DNA from: Camelus dromedarius
Taxonomy: Eukaryota
Assembly (NCBI RefSeq): GCF_036321535.1
Contig: NC_087472.1
Coordinates: 91,638,001-91,702,000 of the forward strand
Reading direction: 5' to 3'
Length of the DNA stretch: 64,000 nucleotides
In this document: in pieces, positions 11,601 through 25,000 of the stretch
Numbering within the stretch: position 1 is the stretch's first letter
Layout: the number at the start of each line of letters is the position of its first letter
Program-made: the position numbers and the translations under genes
Notes under the pieces: generated by a model
Told to the model about the DNA's origin: nothing
Seen by the model: only the letters and a program-made list of their open reading frames with translations
The model's database searches: none

Positions 11601-12300
11601 CCCCTCTGCAAACCTTGGTCCCTGTCTTCAGAGTGATGTGAGATGGGGAAGCTGAAGCATAAAGCAGGAGTTCCAGACAGGCGGTGTGCTCTCAGGGGAA
11701 AAAATATGCTGATGTTTTCCTTCTCTTCTCCAGCCAGACTTAGAATCTCGTGTAAATTCTGTTCTGATACATTTATATTTTACAGGGATGGGGCTGTCCA
11801 GGATGATTTTGTGAGCCCCTCGTCTTTGGAGGTTATCTGACACTGCATATGTAAATGATCATGTTGTCGCTGAGTATTAGCTTTCTTTTCTTTATTCATG
11901 CCTGCCATTTATTTTGGTATTAATATTGCTCTGGGAATGTATTCCAACCCAGTTGTATGAGCACAGATTTTTTTTTATTGCCTGAGACACATATTTAAGA
12001 AGAAAGAGTAAAATTGAATTAAGAAACACAAAGTGGGCCTCAGGCTGGGAAGAACTGGAAGTGTGGGCTCTTGACTAAACCAGATCAGGGATCTAGTTTC
12101 AAACCTGTCCCTTAATAGCCATATGAATTTGGGCACATTACTAAACTCTGTGAGCATCAGGCTCTGCAACTGCAAAGTAGGTTTGATAAACTCTGTCTTG
12201 TAGCACTGGTAGAAAGTGGATAACTGTGTGTTAAGTGACTGGCAAAGTGACTGGCCTATACTGAGACTTCATAATAAATAATAAAATGTGGCATTTATTA
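11560..12300. repeat. MAGE upstream module, copy C (includes a MIR remnant at ~12060-12300)
   Basis: Colinear similarity to copies A and B. Confidence 0.85.
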
Positions 12301-13823
12301 CTACAATTAATTTGGACCCCAATTAATAGGTACCACCTACCGTGCTGGGATTGTTTTTTGTTTTCTTTTGTTTTTGTTTTTTATTCCAGTAGAAGTCAGC
12401 AAATACGTAGCATCCTAGAAGAAAGAAAACTCAATCAATAAATTGTTTGATATGGGTATATGATACAGTTCCCCAGTTAGATGCAAAACAAAGCTCCTAA
12501 ATTTGTGTCAAGGACTGACAACTTCCCTCCCTCTGAGCAGCCCTTCATCTAAACCACCCTTGTTTTCATTAATTTAACCATCACCAAAAACCTAGAACTT
12601 GTATCCAGTTTGTCAAGAGTATACACATGATAACTTCATTTGAATGCCCATTGATGGCACAGCCTCTGATTCTCTCAGCCCAGTGCAAAGGGTGCCCAGT
12701 GGCGTCTTACCATCTTGCCTCAAAGGAGAATCATCTTTACTTCTCAGAAACTCCCCGGACATGATGTGAATAAAACATCTAATTTGCACAATGTTCACCA
12801 CCTGCACTGGGACATGAGCACAGGACACATACGATCCCTCCTGCAGGTGATTTTTCTCTGCTTTAGTCACAATCCCAAAGTAACTGTTAAGGGCAGTTTC
12901 CCATCCCAAGCTTAGTCTTTCAACTACAGGGCTCACCATAGTTGCTCACCTTTATCCCAGGCTCCTGCAGCCCACCATGCAGCTAACTTAAACTGCATCC
13001 CACTGAGGGACCTGCAGTTTCACAAGGCCCAACACTGCCTTGCTTCAAGGAATTTACACTTGAAATGCTCTTCTGGCACCTCCCTGCTTTTGCCTGTCCT
13101 TTAGGTCTGAGAGAAAATCTCAGTATCTTTTTATATGACAGCTTCTCCTAACCACTAAAATTTTATGGGCAGTGGCTTGGTCTGTTTTTTTCCTTTCCAT
13201 CCTCAGTACTAGGATGGAACCTTCCATAGAGTAGATGTTTGATTAATGCTTGGAGAATTAAAGAGCCAGTAAATAAGTAGTCTAAATTATTACAATTAAT
13301 GTATCCAATATTCTTGAATAAGCCAAGCAAATCCAGGTATATGTCTTTTAAGATTACAAAACTAAAGATGAAAAGGAATGAGGCAAACCCAGAATTTACC
13401 ACATTTTGCTTTTTTATTTTTTCTTCTTCTCATAATCCCAACTATTTTAATGTGAATTTTTTGCACATTTCTAGGAAAATATCTGTTCCAAAGCTATGTT
13501 ATTTTATGTGGATCACAGGAAAAATTATTCAAGGATTTTCAATTCAGTTTACTAAATATCAAAACTCTTCTTAAACCTGATAAACTCCAACAAATGTGGG
13601 AGCTATGTCATTCGAAAACTTTGATTCTGAAGCTAAATAAATATTCCATGAAAAGGAACAGTTGATAAATACCAATAAACAAATAAGGCTACAAGTTACC
13701 CATATAGAGCAGGAACACAAAAAGACATACATTGTCCACCCTTTATTCCTACTCTGATCCTCTACTACTTAGAACACTGACTGCCCCCTTAAAAACAAAG
13801 TGGGGACTCTCCCGAAGACTTCA

Positions 13824-14712
13824 CTAGCCATAGAAGCTGCTGGCATGGCCCTGGAACGCGCACTGGCCGTGGCAGTAGGGCCATCCCTGGCTGCAGCTCT
13901 GGCTCGGGCTCTCTCTTTCTCATCTCTCAAAGCCTCTTCATAATGGGGCGGGAAGGTACTAGGGACCATATCATTGACGTTGGCCAAAAACTTCAGGACT
14001 TCCGGTTTTAGCATGGGCTCCTGGACGCCACAGGAATTCAGTGTGGAGGATCACTGTTGGGTGCCTGCTGGTACTACTGTTACTTTAGCTGCACCAAATC
14101 TCTATAATGAGCTTTACGGGATGTGCAAGATGAAGTGCCCCTTCCCTGAATTTACATCTGTTATATTCAGCTCTTCCCAGACTATCTCCTCAGGGATACA
14201 GCTGCCCTTCATGAATATCAGGCTCAGGGACAGTCACCAGGCGGCTGATCTTATGCATGCCCTTTACATAACTCAACCTCTCATCTTAGGTGAGGTCCAG
14301 TTTTCTGACAAGGGCATGAGAGTGGTCAGCTTCCTTCACATCAACCCCAAAGACCAGCTCCATATTCCCAGAGGCTCTCCTAAGGATCTCAGGATGTGAA
14401 ATGCTCTTTTTCATTTTTTTATGACATTCTTCACCAAGTCTGACTTGGAGATAGGCTCTTTCATTTGATAACTGAGCACTGGAGAATTCACCAACAAAAC
14501 CGCTTTCTAATCTAGATGGTGTTTGGACATCTTCTTAGTGTCTGGCAAAGCTGCATGGTTCTCTGACTTTCTCTTCTTGACCCCTGGAGTCCTCAACTGA
14601 CATGCTTAATGAGGGGCCTGTGAACTCTCCCAGCTTTGGGTCTTTGGGTCTCCCTGTGGGCCTGGAAGCATCACTCATATGTGTAGCACCAGTGCTTCTA
14701 ATACTGAGGCAT
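13824..14712 (-). pseudogene. Decayed MAGE-B pseudogene
   Basis: Starts ATG CCT CAG TAT TAG; recognisable remnants YQMKEPISKSDLVKNVI, EFLW and [35 protein letters not shown]; many stops and frameshifts; paralogous stop context agacttcaCTAg; 3'UTR-like paralog at ~13440-13823. Confidence 0.9.
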
Positions 14713-15739
14713 GATCACTCTTGTTGGCACCAGTAGGCGGGAGTATGGGTAGGAGGCATGGCAATGGGGCACCACAGGCTAAGGAAGAGAAGGAAGACGT
14801 AAGTGGTCTCAGCTGGTAAACTCAATTCTGTTTGCTCGGACAAAGGCCAGCTCCACCAGACTTTTCCTAAGGGCAGTGCTCTAGGGTCTCATGGGTGTCC
14901 TGTCCTATTTGTTCCATAAGCACTTAAAAAAGGAACTGAGGAGGCATTTCACAGTGCAGCCAGCCAACCCAGTTGGAGACTTCCCAGGGCTCACAGTAGG
15001 GTAGGTAGAATTGGGCTTTATTGGGTCCTCCTGTACTAGAGTGGGTGGTCCCCTCAGTCTTCACTCAGAATCCTCTGTGTGACTCCTAGCAGCTCCTGGG
15101 ACATTCAGTCTACTGACACGAGGCCATCTCCCTTCAAACCAAGGCTTTCATTTCTCTGAGACTCCTATAAGGAAGTCAGGAGACATCTCCCATGGTCACC
15201 TCTGTCTGGGTCCTCCCTCCTAAGGTTGACAGCAGGGCCTAGATTCTGGGGGACACTCTCTCTTCTGAGGTAGGTAGTCCCGTCACTGTTCATGCTGGTT
15301 CCTCAGCTTGACTCCTGACAGAGTATAGAAAGCTTCCCTTTGCTCAACTGGGGTCATTCCCTTCAGATCTCACGTCCTTGAGTCATCTGAGGAGAAAATA
15401 ACACAGGACAAAGAAATATAGGACCTGGCTGTTGATATACAGGATGCCTGGCAAACCTACCTGAGTGGAGAGTGAGGGGCTTTAACTGGAAATGCTGCCT
15501 GGGCCTCTGAAGTTCCTCTCTTCTGGAGTTCTGTTATTCTCAGTTCATGTGGGAGGTACTTGGAGAAATCAAGGTACTCGGTAAAAAGCCAGTTTGAGGG
15601 CCTGCAAAGGACCTACTGGGGAGAGAGTGACAGCAATGACGGGTGGAACAGCAAGCAAGCTGTGCTTACATGTCTTGCTGAGACCTTGTTACAGGGGATC
15701 AAATACACCTCGTAATCAGTGCTGGAGTGGTGTTTACAT

Positions 15740-16035
15740 CAGCATTTTCAAAAATGGGGCCTGTGAAATAATATTAGGTGCTATTAAAAAATTCTAATTA
15801 TTTTAGAGTAAGCTGACTTAAAGTTGAATAGGTTTTAGTTTCTGGTTTTGTTTTCACAGCAGGACTTCCCAGAGCCCTCAGTATGCCACTATGCACTGAG
15901 AAACTCCAAGGGGGATAATACAGCAGGATGAGTTTTCTGAATATACTTGACCATGAAAAGCATGTCATCCTGCCACTTTTTTTTCCCCCACATTGAATCT
16001 CAGGACTTCACCACGGCACATTTTGCAATGCTGTC
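15740..16035. mobile_element. hAT-Charlie-type non-autonomous element (Charlie4-like)
   Basis: caggacttcccagagccctcagtatgccactatgcactgagaaactccaaggggg resembles Charlie4-type sequence; termini cagcattttcaaaa / ttttgcaatgctg are imperfect inverted repeats. Confidence 0.55.
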
Positions 16036-18899
16036 TATACTATCCTCAACTTGTTTTTCTGAATGTTTTCAGTGAAAGTGTAGTGGCCCTTCAACAGGGC
16101 AAGAACATAGGCCAGGGCCATTTTGTCTGTTTTAGTGCCAAGAAAAATGATATTTAAAGTGCAAGAATATTAATAAGCAACATGAAACATCAACTCTTAA
16201 GATACCTTTCCAAAATTTCAATTTAGAGTCAACAGGACGCAACCACATCCAAAACTTGCTTGAGATGCCTGATCATTAAGAGACTTACTCTAAGGGTCAT
16301 GGTCATGTTAAATACAGGTCACCCTGAATTTTCCAAAGAATAATACTATATTATGACTATTTAAAGGAAAGTAGATGTATAGTTTCTCAGTCCTCAAACC
16401 TCCAAGGGGGAAAATAGGCTAGAACAAGCCCAGCTGTAGGGGACTTAATCAAAAAAGGTGTGTATACAGGGTAGGTGTTCAGCGACAGTGGAAAATCAGA
16501 ATGTTTGGAAACCACAAGGGAGAAATTCCATCTTATGAATTGGCTTTACATATGGAAGTGGCAAAGTAATGTGGTATTACGGAAGCTGTACAAGTGCCTG
16601 CAATTCATCCAAGTGGTACATGGTACTGTGTCTTTCAAAAGATCTTATTCTGGACTCCTCCAGATGTTGGGATTGAGTTTGTTGGTATTCTTTCTGCTAT
16701 TCGTACAATGATTAGTTCAGAAACTGGAGGAGGTCATGTCCCTGCAGGAGACACGCATAGCAGATCAATCTGGGAAAGACAAAGACAGGGAATAGAGACA
16801 GGGGCTCAGAGCAATGACCCAGGGATGCCTGTAGAAGTCTAGAGGGGTACAGCTGAAAACACACATCCATTTTCCTCTTCACAGTTTGAATAAATTTAAA
16901 AACTAAAGCCATTTCCTAGGCAAAGCTGTAACACAAACTCAGCTTTGGTCTTGTTATTTGGACTTAGGGTATACAGGTAATTAGAAGTGCGTTGATCTGA
17001 TCAAGTTACTTTCTTAAATGCTATATTTCAAAGCGTTTTCAAATAAAAGACAAACAAGATGGTGGCTCAAGATAGCTGACAATGAAAAAAAAATATGAGT
17101 AACATATTTAGAGCTATATTAGTGCATTTCCTGGGTAATTTTAGTATTCACTAGTGTCTTCATCTCTCAATGGACCAAAACTTATGAATGTCAATAATAT
17201 ATTGTTTTAGTCATGTACTCGCTAATTAATAAAGATATTAAATATAGTCATTTCTGAAACCTGTGCCTCCAGCTCATACTTTGGCAATGCATCTTTAATG
17301 GGATTTTAGTATTTTTGTATATCCCTCTATGGTATTTGGATATGTATGTGATTTTAAAATATTATAAAATTTAAAAAAATTATAAAATTATTCATCAGGG
17401 AACTGAAACAGGGCTTGGTGACTTTACTAAAAATCTTTTTCAATTGAAAACACATCCTTACAGTAGCCATTGATATTGGGAGACAACGTCAAGTTTTACA
17501 ATTACGTGTTACCATATACCATCCTTTCATTACAGAGCAAGAAATCCAGAACAAGATAAAAACATCTCAACCAATGTTTAAATGGATTATCAATTTTTCA
17601 AAATTTCAGTTTTGCTTTAGAGAATCATTCTTATGTTTCTTCTAACTAGTTTTTCCATTTCATTATAAAAATCTATTAAAAATATTAATGTTTAATGTTT
17701 AAAGTGATCATTATAGAGAGCTGGGAAAATAGGAAAAGCATGAAGAAAAACAACAATACCATATAATCTCCACTACTCAGAGACATCTGCTGTTATCAAA
17801 CTACTCTTTTTATTTGTTATTAGGCAGTTTTGGAAGACTGAAAAAAATCTCAGCTTGGCATACACAAACCACCTAGTGAACAATGGCAGAATCCTACCAC
17901 CTAGTTAGTTCTTTTCAGTTTGCAGATGGGTAAGGAAACTCAGCCTCAAGAAAAGAATGCTGTTCTCTAAATTATTCCTCCCTGCTTTTCTTTATCCAGT
18001 GACTATATACTGCTTTCATTACTGCAGGGTTTTGCTTAAGCCACTGACAATGATTTTTCTTTTCTAAAAAAGAACCTATGGAGAAAATGGCTTAAAAATT
18101 GCATAGGATATTCAGAGAGCAAGAATAAAGGAAACAAAAATTCACTATCAGGATTTGAACTTCAGGCTTTGTTGGTAATTGACAAATGTAATGAATGTAA
18201 CGAAGAATGTAGAATGTAATTTTTCTCCAGACTTTAACATCTACTAAACACTCAATGACCAAATGGCCTATATTTGTTAGATATTTATTTAATGACTTGG
18301 ATTTGGTGTGACATTTGCAAATGAAAGCTAGAGGTCTAGATCATGTGTCTGTGATCTAGAGAGATGGGGCCTTAAGTTCTGAATTTTATCTTAGTGTGTA
18401 TCTAAGTCCAAATTGTTAGAACTAAGACCTCCCTGGCTTTCAGTTCTTCACTGAAGATGAAGACATAGGTAAGCTATTTAAAGAAGAAAATGGAGTCCAC
18501 ACTACAAATAATGGCGAAACAACACTAAGTATTCAAAATCCAGAACAATATCAAATGATCAACAAAAGGTACAAAGATATTACAATATAAATTAATAAAT
18601 AGGTGTTGTTAAAGTTAAAGAAGCTCTGTTTTAATTAGAGCTCTGTTTAAATTAAAGGAGACCTTTGTTAAATTCAGAGTCATTCACATGTCTAGAATAC
18701 ACAATTATGCCGCAGAGAGTCACACAAATGATGGAGGGGAAAGTGGATTTGTGTGTGTTGCAGGGAGTAGGACGGGAAACAGGAACAGTGGCAATAAACA
18801 AAACAACAGAGTGATGCGGAAGCGATTTCTTTCCATTCTCTCAGCATTAGCTGAGGCAAAGCAACGGGTAACAGAACTTGTGAGTTCTTAAAAAGATTC

Positions 18900-19058
18900 G
18901 GTTCCACTCTCTTTTAACCAAAATCATTTGGGGAGTTTTTGGAGAATACAGATTTCCAGGGCCACTACAACTGCTGAATCAAGACGACCCTTGTAATCTA
19001 GATTTTAAAATAAGAAGCCTCAAGTGATTCTGATGAGAAGCCTAATTTGGAGCCACAC
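18900..19058. mobile_element. MER5-type hAT MITE
   Basis: aatcatttggggag...ctgaatcaaga...caagtgattctgatg...tttggagccac pattern. Confidence 0.6.
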
Positions 19059-20534
19059 AGTTACCCACATTGATGCCTTGTTAGCACTTCATTAAGAAGT
19101 GTTAAACTTTTGGAAATTAAGGTTTTCCCAGAAGATAAAGTGCTTTCTATTTAAATTCAAACATATTAATTGGAAGTCCACAGATATCTTGGGAATTCTA
19201 TGAAAATTTTTGGTGATCATTTTCAACTGCTGGGTTTTCCTTCAGTAATGAACGTTTTTTAGCTGGCTGTGGACATTTATTAAAATATAGGCCTCAAACT
19301 GTCCAAATTGTGACAGGATGAATAAAATAAGAATGGCTCAAAATGTTACTTGAAATCCTGCTAGGGCACTATTAATATTTAGAATTTTTTATTAGGTAAG
19401 AATAAAAACAGGCTTTAAGTCACATAAAACATTCTTTTTTCATTCCCTTTAAAGACTTCTCCATATATTTATTAACCTCTTTTCAGTTCCATCCTTATAA
19501 TTAAGTTTCTTTATATCCTCACACTTCCTTTCTTCCTTCCTTCCCTCCTTTCCTCCTTCCTTCCTCCAATTATTCACCATTCTTTTAATAAATATACATT
19601 AGATGCCTTCTAATGGCCCAGACTATTCATGGTAGATAGATACTACTGTATAAGAGTTAAAAAAATCCCTGCTCTCAAGGAGTTGATGGTCTACCTAATA
19701 AGCTATTTAGTGTGTACATTTTGCAATAACTGCATAGCATTTTTTATCAATTTCATACTCATTTATTTTTTTTAATGTATGGGCAGTTTACCTATGTTAA
19801 CTATACTAACCTTTCTGATACACTATTCTATGATGTAAATCTCCATTTTATAGATGAGAATACTGAATTACAGGGAAGTTCTGACTTAAACGGACCTAGG
19901 CCGTACTGTCGCATGGACTCGTAGATATTGGGAATATCACCATTACAAATGTTCTTGTTTATCCAAAATACAGAGCACATGTAGTTAAGTGGCTTTTCTG
20001 CTCCTGTTCATTCAAAATTTCATCCAAACATTTATTAAATTAACACTTTATTAGGGAATACATGGACACATAAAAATATCCAAGTCCTGCCACCAAGAAC
20101 TTTATAGACTATATGGGAAATAGAGAAATAGATAATAACAATACAAAGTTATAAATGTTTTATTGCAAATAAGTAGAAGAACAAACTGGAGCATGGAGGT
20201 ATCTTAGACTATCTGTGGTGATTAGGCCAAGTTTCTATGAGGAGGTGGAAAACAATATAAGAAGGCCTTTCTGAGAGGAGAGGACAGCAAAGGTAGATAG
20301 GAAACACCTTGGCATATTCTGGACCACGACCACAAGTCAAAGATCAATCGTCTCTGCTGGTTACAATGAAGGTGATAAATTGGCTACCAAATCCTTGATC
20401 CTGGTTTGCAGTCCAGTGACTACTTTAGATGTGCATTTTCCCCCTATTATGTGAATCCGTCTTTCTTTCTTGCTTTTAACATTCCCCTTCTTTCTTTCTT
20501 TCCTTTCTTTTCTTTCTCTCTCTCTGATACAGGA

Positions 20535-22072
20535 GAGTTTCACTGCTCTAAAAATTCTCTATGCTCCACCTATTCATTTCCTCCCCGCTTTCTCCAACCC
20601 CTGCCAACCACTGAATTTTTTATTGTTTCTATAGTCTTGCCTTTTCCAGAATGTCATATAGGTGGAATCATACAGTGTCTATAGCCTTTTCAGATTGACT
20701 TCTCTCACGTAGCACTATGCATGTAAGTTTCCTCCATTTTTTTTGTGGCTTGATACCTCATTTCTTGCTATTAATGAACAATATTCCATTGCATGACTGC
20801 ATCACAATTTGTTTATCCATTTACCTACTGAAAGACATCTTGCTTGCTTCCAATTTTGACAATTACAAATAAATCTGCTATAAACATCCTGTGCAGGTTT
20901 TTATGTGGCCATAATTTTTCAACGCATTTGGATAAATCCCAAAAGAGCATGATTACTAAATATGGAAAGATTATGTTAATCTTGTAAGAAATTTCCAACC
21001 TGTCTTCCGAAGTGGCTGTACTATTTTGCATCCCCACCAGCAATGAATGAGAATTATTGTTGCTCCATATCCTCACCAGCATTTGATGCAAAGTTTTGGA
21101 TTTTGGCCATTCTAATAGGTGTGTAGTACTATCTCATTGCTGTTTTAAGTTGCAGTTCCCTAATGATGCATGATGTGGAGCATCTTTTCACACATGGTTT
21201 ATTTGCAATCTGTATATCTACTTTGGTAAGCTGTCTGTTCAGATATTTTGCTAACTTTTTAATTGGGTTGTTCACTTTATTGTTGTTTTTGTTGTTGTTG
21301 AGGTTAAGGGTTCTATATATGTTTTGAATACAAGTCCTTTATCAGATGTGTTTTGCAAATATTTTCTCCTTGCATGTAGCTTGTCTTTTCATTCTCTTAA
21401 CACAGTGTCTTTTGCAGAGCAAAAACACTGCTTTTCATTTTAATGAAGTCCAGCTTATTCATTTTTTTCTCTTATGGATCATGCTTTTAGTATTGTATCT
21501 AAAAACTCATTGTCAAATCCAAGGTCACCTAGATTTTTTCTTCTGTTATCTTCCAGAAGTTTTACATTTTAGAATATTACATTTTGGTTTATGATTCATT
21601 TTGAGCCAATTTTTATAAAACATGTAAGGTCAATGTCTAGATTCATTGTCTTGAACGTGAATGTGCAGTTGTTAAGTACCATTTGTTGAAAAGACTATTC
21701 TTTTCCCCTGGATTGCCTTTGCTCCTTTGTCAACAACTAGTTACTTATATTTGTGTGGGTCTATTTCTGGGCTCTTTGGCCCATTAAATTAATTTGTCTA
21801 TTCTTTTGACAACACCACACTCTCATGATTACTGTGGCTTTAGAGTAAGTCTTGAAGTACAGTATTACCAGTCCCACAACTGTGTTTTTTTCCCCAATAT
21901 TGTACTGGTTATTCTGGGTCTTTTACCTCTCCACATAAACTTTAGAATCAGTTTGTTGATATCCTCAAAGTAACGTGCTGGGATTTTTACTGAGACTGTG
22001 CTGAATCTATAGATTAAGTTGGGAATAACTAACATCTTAACAGTATTGAGTCTTCCTATCCAAGAACATGGA
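20535..22072 (-). mobile_element. Old L1 (L1MC1/2-like), 3'UTR and ORF2 end
   Basis: gtttcactgctctaaaaattctctatgctccacctattcat 3'UTR motif; ORF2-like reverse sequence to ttgagtcttcctatccaagaacatgga (22072). Confidence 0.88.
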
Positions 22073-25000
22073 TGAATTTTCAGTGACTACTTCTATCAGG
22101 TATATATGTATGGCTAATATACATTTTCATTTCATTTTCAGCTCATGTCCAGAATGAACTGCTAATCAAACTGCTCTTCTTATTTCAAAAATGAAGATAA
22201 ACTAGATATAATAAACTAGGTAAAACAAGGCCCCTTTATTACAGAGATTTTAATTTTAGCAAGATTTCTTACATCAGCTATTTCAGTTTAATTGTTTTAA
22301 CCTTTCCTTTGATTATTGTGGGCAAGGCACGTTTGAACAAACATAAGGCAGAGAGGTTTGTAAGAACAGTCCATTCCTCAGCAGATGGTAAGTAACCACA
22401 TTCTATTTAACAACATACACGCTACCTGTAGATGTCACTATACCCTTACAATTCTTCTCAGTGCAGTGACCTGTTCCTTCCCTCCACCGCCCTCCCCCCA
22501 TTCCTTCAGAGTTACAGAAATGAATATTTGAAGAGATGTTGAATTTCTGTTTTCTAAACAGAGAATTGAGAGGTGAAATTTCTCAGAATATAAAATACAA
22601 AATTGCAAATCAGGAAGTCTCTCTCTCTTTCTCTCTCTCACACACACACACAAAGACCAAAAGGAGTGCTTTCAATCTTTGTTTCATTTAGTCAATTGGA
22701 TAACCTTCCAAGTTAGAAACAAGATCCAACCAAGAATGTGGCTATTACCTCTCTTTTCTTCTTTATTTATAAATGATAAGTAAAATCTTAGCCTAAAAAT
22801 AAACAAACTCATGTTTCAACAACTGTTCTCTCATAAGATCTTAGAGGAGTTAAATAAAATGGATTTCTTGTTTTAAAAAAAGAATGTGAAAATGATGCTT
22901 TCATGGATTAATTAATGCCAGAAGAAATATAAACAAATCTGCTTAGGTTTAAGAATGGGGTTTTGCTTTGGCAACATTTTGTCTGAGAACTGAAATTGGC
23001 AGAAGCTGAACAACAAGGCATGAGCGATGTGTTGTACTCTCCGCTCAGTTGTGCGACACATCAGCTAACAGACAGGCTGGGATGCTGCAGAAAACATTTA
23101 TGATAGCAGTATAGGAATTTCAGGGGAACTGGGAGCTCAGTTACAATACCTGAGGAAGAATATGGATGTTGAAAGACCAAGAAATCAATGGGCATGGGTG
23201 CTAAGATATGGGTAGTTTTCCTTTTTGCACTGGGCTATCAAACACTGGGCCCAGTTTTTTATTTTGGGGGCAGTTATACCCCCCCCCCCTTTATTAATTT
23301 GGGCTTAGGCATCACTTTATCACAGCCTGTAGCATATCAAAGTGTTCCAGGTGAGAAGAGAAGGGTACTCAGAGGTGATTTAGGTGTCTTACAAGGCCTA
23401 GAAGGTCATCCTTAGCCTAACTGCAAAAGGCATATCTCCTCCAGTGAGAGAAAAGTAGCCAGAGCTGAAGCAGTAAATGATCTCAGCTTTCCAAAGGCAA
23501 AGAGAGTTGGAAAAAGGGAGCACCAGTTAATTAAAATCAGCTTTTCCGGGAGGAAAGTGCATGTCCAGGTTATCCTCTGGTTGATGCTGATTGACAAAGG
23601 GCACAGCTCAAAAAAGCCTCCACTGGATCAACAGGAGGATTATGGAGTCATATCCTTCTACACATGGGCCGAGAAGAGAGAAGAAAATCAAACACGTCAT
23701 GTAGTTGGAAGGAGCATGAGTAAAAAAGTAAGGAATTAAAAATAAAGTAAGGTGTGTAGAATGGAAAAGCCTGAAATAAATCCTATAGATGAATATAGAT
23801 TTGGGTAAAAGTTAATAATAGCAAGCTGCACCTGGAGCCAGGAGTAGCCACTGCCAATGCTATTAAGGCCTTGCACTGTGGCTATTTGTAAATATGCCTC
23901 ATACTCCTTGCTAGTGACTCCTCAGAGGGCTAAAACAGCACCTTATTCATCTTGGTTCTCCCCATGGCACCTAGCAAATCATCTGGCACCTAGTAGATTC
24001 TCAAGAAACATTTATTTATTAAACAAACTAAAGAAAGCAAAAGATATATGCTGGGAAAAACAAATAGAATGCTGTTAGTTCTTGGATGCTGTTAATAAAA
24101 AATAGTATGTCAAAAAAGGAGTGTGAATGTCTCAGTTTGGAGATTGTGAAAAAGTTGCTGCTGTTGGCAGACACTTGGAGTGCAGAAGGGAGATTCAATT
24201 TGTATATGGGAGATCCATTTCCTTTGAGAATATATGGAGATGGTCCCTATTTGATGGAGAAATATAAAATAAACTGGACTTAAGTCTGGTTGGAAATACA
24301 AGAGGTTAAGAAAGAGGCTGGAGAGGCAGATTTGGGATTCCTTAGTGGACAGAACACATTTAAATCTTTGAAATGAATGAACCCTCTGAGGGAATGTGTA
24401 CAACATGTTATACGTATGAAGAAGGTCAAAAACTAAAGATTTTGGGGTATCTGGAGTCAACAGATGGGAGAAGAAGGTGGAATCATAACCAGATGAAGAG
24501 AAAATAGTGTTATATTAGCTGAGAAAATTGTCAAAAAAGGCAATCATACTACAATAATGAACAACATATAATGAAAGAATTTAGGTGGATAAATAAAAAA
24601 TAACAAATAAACCCTTTTACTAATTTTTTCCAACAGGTCTTCAGTTGCTTAAGAGAGCTGCCTTGCTATGATATAATACACTTAGAAGTTAGATATTTTC
24701 AGTGTCCCCAGGAAGGAGTTGGCGGGGATGAGTGGGGTAAGTGTGAAGAAAAGGAAACCACATATATAGGCAGAGTGTATAAATGAAAGATTTCTTAAAA
24801 GATTATGTAAGGTCAAGGTACATGGAATCATTTTTTTTTTCTCACTCTATAGTCCTTTGCCTTCTCTGAAGTAGAAATGAAACTAGATTAACTTCACATA
24901 TGGAGAGCTGGGAGAAGTAAGAAAGATGCAGCACTAAAACATTTATTCATGATTTTTATATTAGGAGAAAATGAGTATTTATTTAGTTTAAAGGGTTTTA

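Noticed and set aside
11242..11655. 137-aa plus-strand ORF
   Set aside because: By-product of GC-rich, stop-poor promoter sequence, antisense to the MAGE gene.
12613..12939. 108-aa minus-strand ORF between MAGE cassettes
   Set aside because: No recognisable homology or supporting gene structure; the length is compatible with chance.
16475..16912. Overlapping short ORFs with coding-like composition
   Set aside because: No recognisable protein family, stops in every frame and non-ATG starts; a BLASTX search would be needed to revive it.
18335..18360. 9-bp stem hairpin tctagatca...tgatctaga
   Set aside because: Short; expected by chance in 64 kb.
20411..22092. 12-bp direct repeat cagtgactactt on either side of the L1MC element as a possible TSD
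   Set aside because: The left copy lies over 100 bp from the recognisable L1 end and the element is old; cannot be distinguished from chance.
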